The notes under the pieces were generated by a model. It saw nothing but the letters and a program-made list of their open reading frames with translations. It had not been told where the DNA came from and did not search any database. A stretch of 64,000 bases of DNA from Synechococcus sp. (GTDB lineage: Bacteria > Cyanobacteriota > Cyanobacteriia > PCC-6307 > Cyanobiaceae): contig JBJBEO010000001.1 in NCBI GenBank assembly GCA_047284725.1, positions 576,001-640,000 of the forward strand, given 5' to 3'. Positions 62,276-64,000 of the stretch are shown here, one piece after another; positions within the stretch are counted from its first letter, which is position 1; every line of letters starts with the position of its first letter. Made by a program: the position numbers and the translations under genes.

Positions 62276-63589
62276 TCACTGAGAAGAAACCGGAATGTCT
62301 TTGCGCTGATCCCTGAAAATTAATATTTCTACGCCGGTAAGAGATAACGTTTTAGGGCTTGCAGGTACGGTGTTATCAGTGACAGTGCAGGAAGTGCGAT
62401 CACATGATTGACTTAACACATAATTGGCTGTACCTCCATTTGCAAAATTCTCAGTAAAATAAACAACATCAAGGTTATCCCCGCCGTCGATTTGAAAATT
62501 TCCACGCCCTGGAACGTACTGATTGTATCCATTGCCGCCATCAAGTATTTCGATTTCAGTTGTTGATTGGCTATTGTTCCCGTTGCCAATGAGAATATCA
62601 TTGCCATCTACTATTGCGTCATTTGTTGGGCAGTCATCAGAGAATTGATCTCCATAAATAGTATCGATGGTTTCGGTTCCTTCAATAACATCACTCCCAT
62701 TGCAACCAATTAAAGATGTTGATGATGTTCCACCCGCTTCAATTAAATCGTCGAAACTACTTCCAGTAATGCTAGTGACTTTCCCAACACCACAGATCAA
62801 GATATCTCTCCCATCTGTCACACTGGTTATTCCTCTATCTTCTGCATTGAATGTGGTGTCGCCTTCGTTTGGGGTAAATTTTGGCAAACTACCGCCAGCA
62901 AAATCGCAAAGACCAAGTGCGTTTGGCTCAGTGTAGAGCGGATTATTGCGTGTGTTAGCTGAAAAGGTGTCGGAATAACGAAGAGGAACTTTGTTCTCGC
63001 CTCGATCTTGCTCCATGGAGAGAGTGAACGTTATCAGTCGACCTGTTGTTTCGGTGGGATCGGTGGATACTGAAAATCCATCGCTGCTTAATCCATCGAT
63101 TAAACGTTGCGGCAATGGTGCTGTAGCAGTTTCATCAATCACCGATAAGTATTGGCCGCGTTCATCAAAGCTCGGTCCACATCTCCATAATGATTTTTCA
63201 CCGAACCATCCCGAAACAGAACTCCCTTGACTATCTAATGATGAACTTGCTAAGGCATAGATTGAAGGATAAAAGTCAGCTCGAATGTCTAGCGCAAAGA
63301 GGAAGGAAACACCAGCTGTGTTGAAAAGTGCTGTGCAAGTGGATGGTATATCGATCTTAGACGGATCAGTGATGATCGCTTCAGACAAGCTGACTTCAGA
63401 TTCAATAAACTTCGTGGTTCGATCCCAATTTTTTCGCTGACGCTGATAAGCTTCGCTCCGTTCATTGACTCCAAGCTGGCTGACAAAAAAGTTAAAAGCT
63501 ACAATCGTAATAAATGATGTGATGAACAGAGTTACAAGTAACTCAACAAGAGTAAAACCTTGCTTTAAAAAGCGTTTGTGTAGTTGCAT
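62276..63589 (-). CDS. Prepilin-type (PilW-like) protein with C-terminal RTX-like Ca2+-binding repeats
   Basis: KQG|FTLVELLVTL class III signal; C-terminal LIGCNGSDVIEG, GNDILIG, LDGGNG, IDGGDNLD. Confidence 0.82.
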   Translation of the reverse strand: MQLHKRFLKQGFTLVELLVTLFITSFITIVAFNFFVSQLGVNERSEAYQRQRKNWDRTTKFIESEVSLSEAIITDPSKIDIPSTCTALFNTAGVSFLFALDIRADFYPSIYALASSSLDSQGSSVSGWFGEKSLWRCGPSFDERGQYLSVIDETATAPLPQRLIDGLSSDGFSVSTDPTETTGRLITFTLSMEQDRGENKVPLRYSDTFSANTRNNPLYTEPNALGLCDFAGGSLPKFTPNEGDTTFNAEDRGITSVTDGRDILICGVGKVTSITGSSFDDLIEAGGTSSTSLIGCNGSDVIEGTETIDTIYGDQFSDDCPTNDAIVDGNDILIGNGNNSQSTTEIEILDGGNGYNQYVPGRGNFQIDGGDNLDVVYFTENFANGGTANYVLSQSCDRTSCTVTDNTVPASPKTLSLTGVEILIFRDQRKDIPVSSQ

Positions 63590-64000
63590 GATCCTCCAAT
63601 GTAAAGTCCTTCTCGAAATAAACCGAGGGGAGCTAAAATGTTGATACAACGTGTTTGAGTGTTGCCGTTTCTAAGAGGCTCACTTTCGAATAAAATCTCA
63701 CCTCCGCAAGGAACTGAACCAGTCGGCGGGAAAATAAGATACAAGTTATCATTATCGCTTAGGCAAACCGGATTTAAGCCTGCTGGATATTCAAAGCGTT
63801 CAATGCTGGCATTAAATCGATGAGGTGCGATCCCACTGCAGTATTCGTTGGATGTAATGTAGGTGAATCCTGTGTAAGATTTAGCAATATCGTTGTCACC
63901 AGCACTAGCCGCTTTTTCTATTTTAATCGCACAGATTTTATTTTGCTCGAGAGCTTTTGTTTGAATGGATTGAAGCCAGCTTGCATCTTCATTCACATCT
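63565..64000 (-). CDS. 3' part of a pilin-like (FimT/GspH-type) protein; 5' end beyond the window
   Basis: Frame is open to the window edge; WLQSIQTKAL..C..I helix, FPPTG, RCINILAPLG; overlaps the next prepilin start. Confidence 0.55.
   Translation of the reverse strand, partial: DVNEDASWLQSIQTKALEQNKICAIKIEKAASAGDNDIAKSYTGFTYITSNEYCSGIAPHRFNASIERFEYPAGLNPVCLSDNDNLYLIFPPTGSVPCGGEILFESEPLRNGNTQTRCINILAPLGLFREGLYIGGSCNYTNAF

Overview
GC-rich chromosomal segment of a picocyanobacterium, most likely a marine Synechococcus (inferred from PipX/PipY, DUF1825, DUF3086, DUF3119 and the gene order). Most of the window is housekeeping: tyrS, pyrF, plsY, glgX, HU, gluQ, aroQ, miaE, mtnD, cobI, dusB, der, pipX-pipY-sepF-proC, recO, deoC, hpf, lipB, aas, pdhC, queA, cysK, two Cys/Met PLP enzymes, rpsD, murE, nfu, mqo, lepA, and tRNA-Gly, -Thr and -Tyr. 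Six accessory blocks interrupt it: (1) an APH-family kinase between tyrS and pyrF; (2) a small-ORF islet beside tRNA-Thr, with two single-TM micropeptides below the ORF-track cut-off, one preceded by an HLR1/RpaB-type repeat; (3) a GrrP-GrrA-GrrM radical-SAM cyclophane RiPP cluster; (4) a three-gene module with a pentameric ligand-gated ion channel divergent from an orphan LivJ-type periplasmic binding protein and a Ca2+/H+ exchanger, which is the best candidate for an undescribed system; (5) an AT-rich leishmanolysin-like metalloprotease; (6) the start of an AT-rich minor-pilin cluster that includes a pilin/RTX-repeat fusion. I found no CRISPR array, integrase, transposase or rRNA. All family assignments come from recognising motifs by eye; no database searches were run, and many start codons are best guesses.
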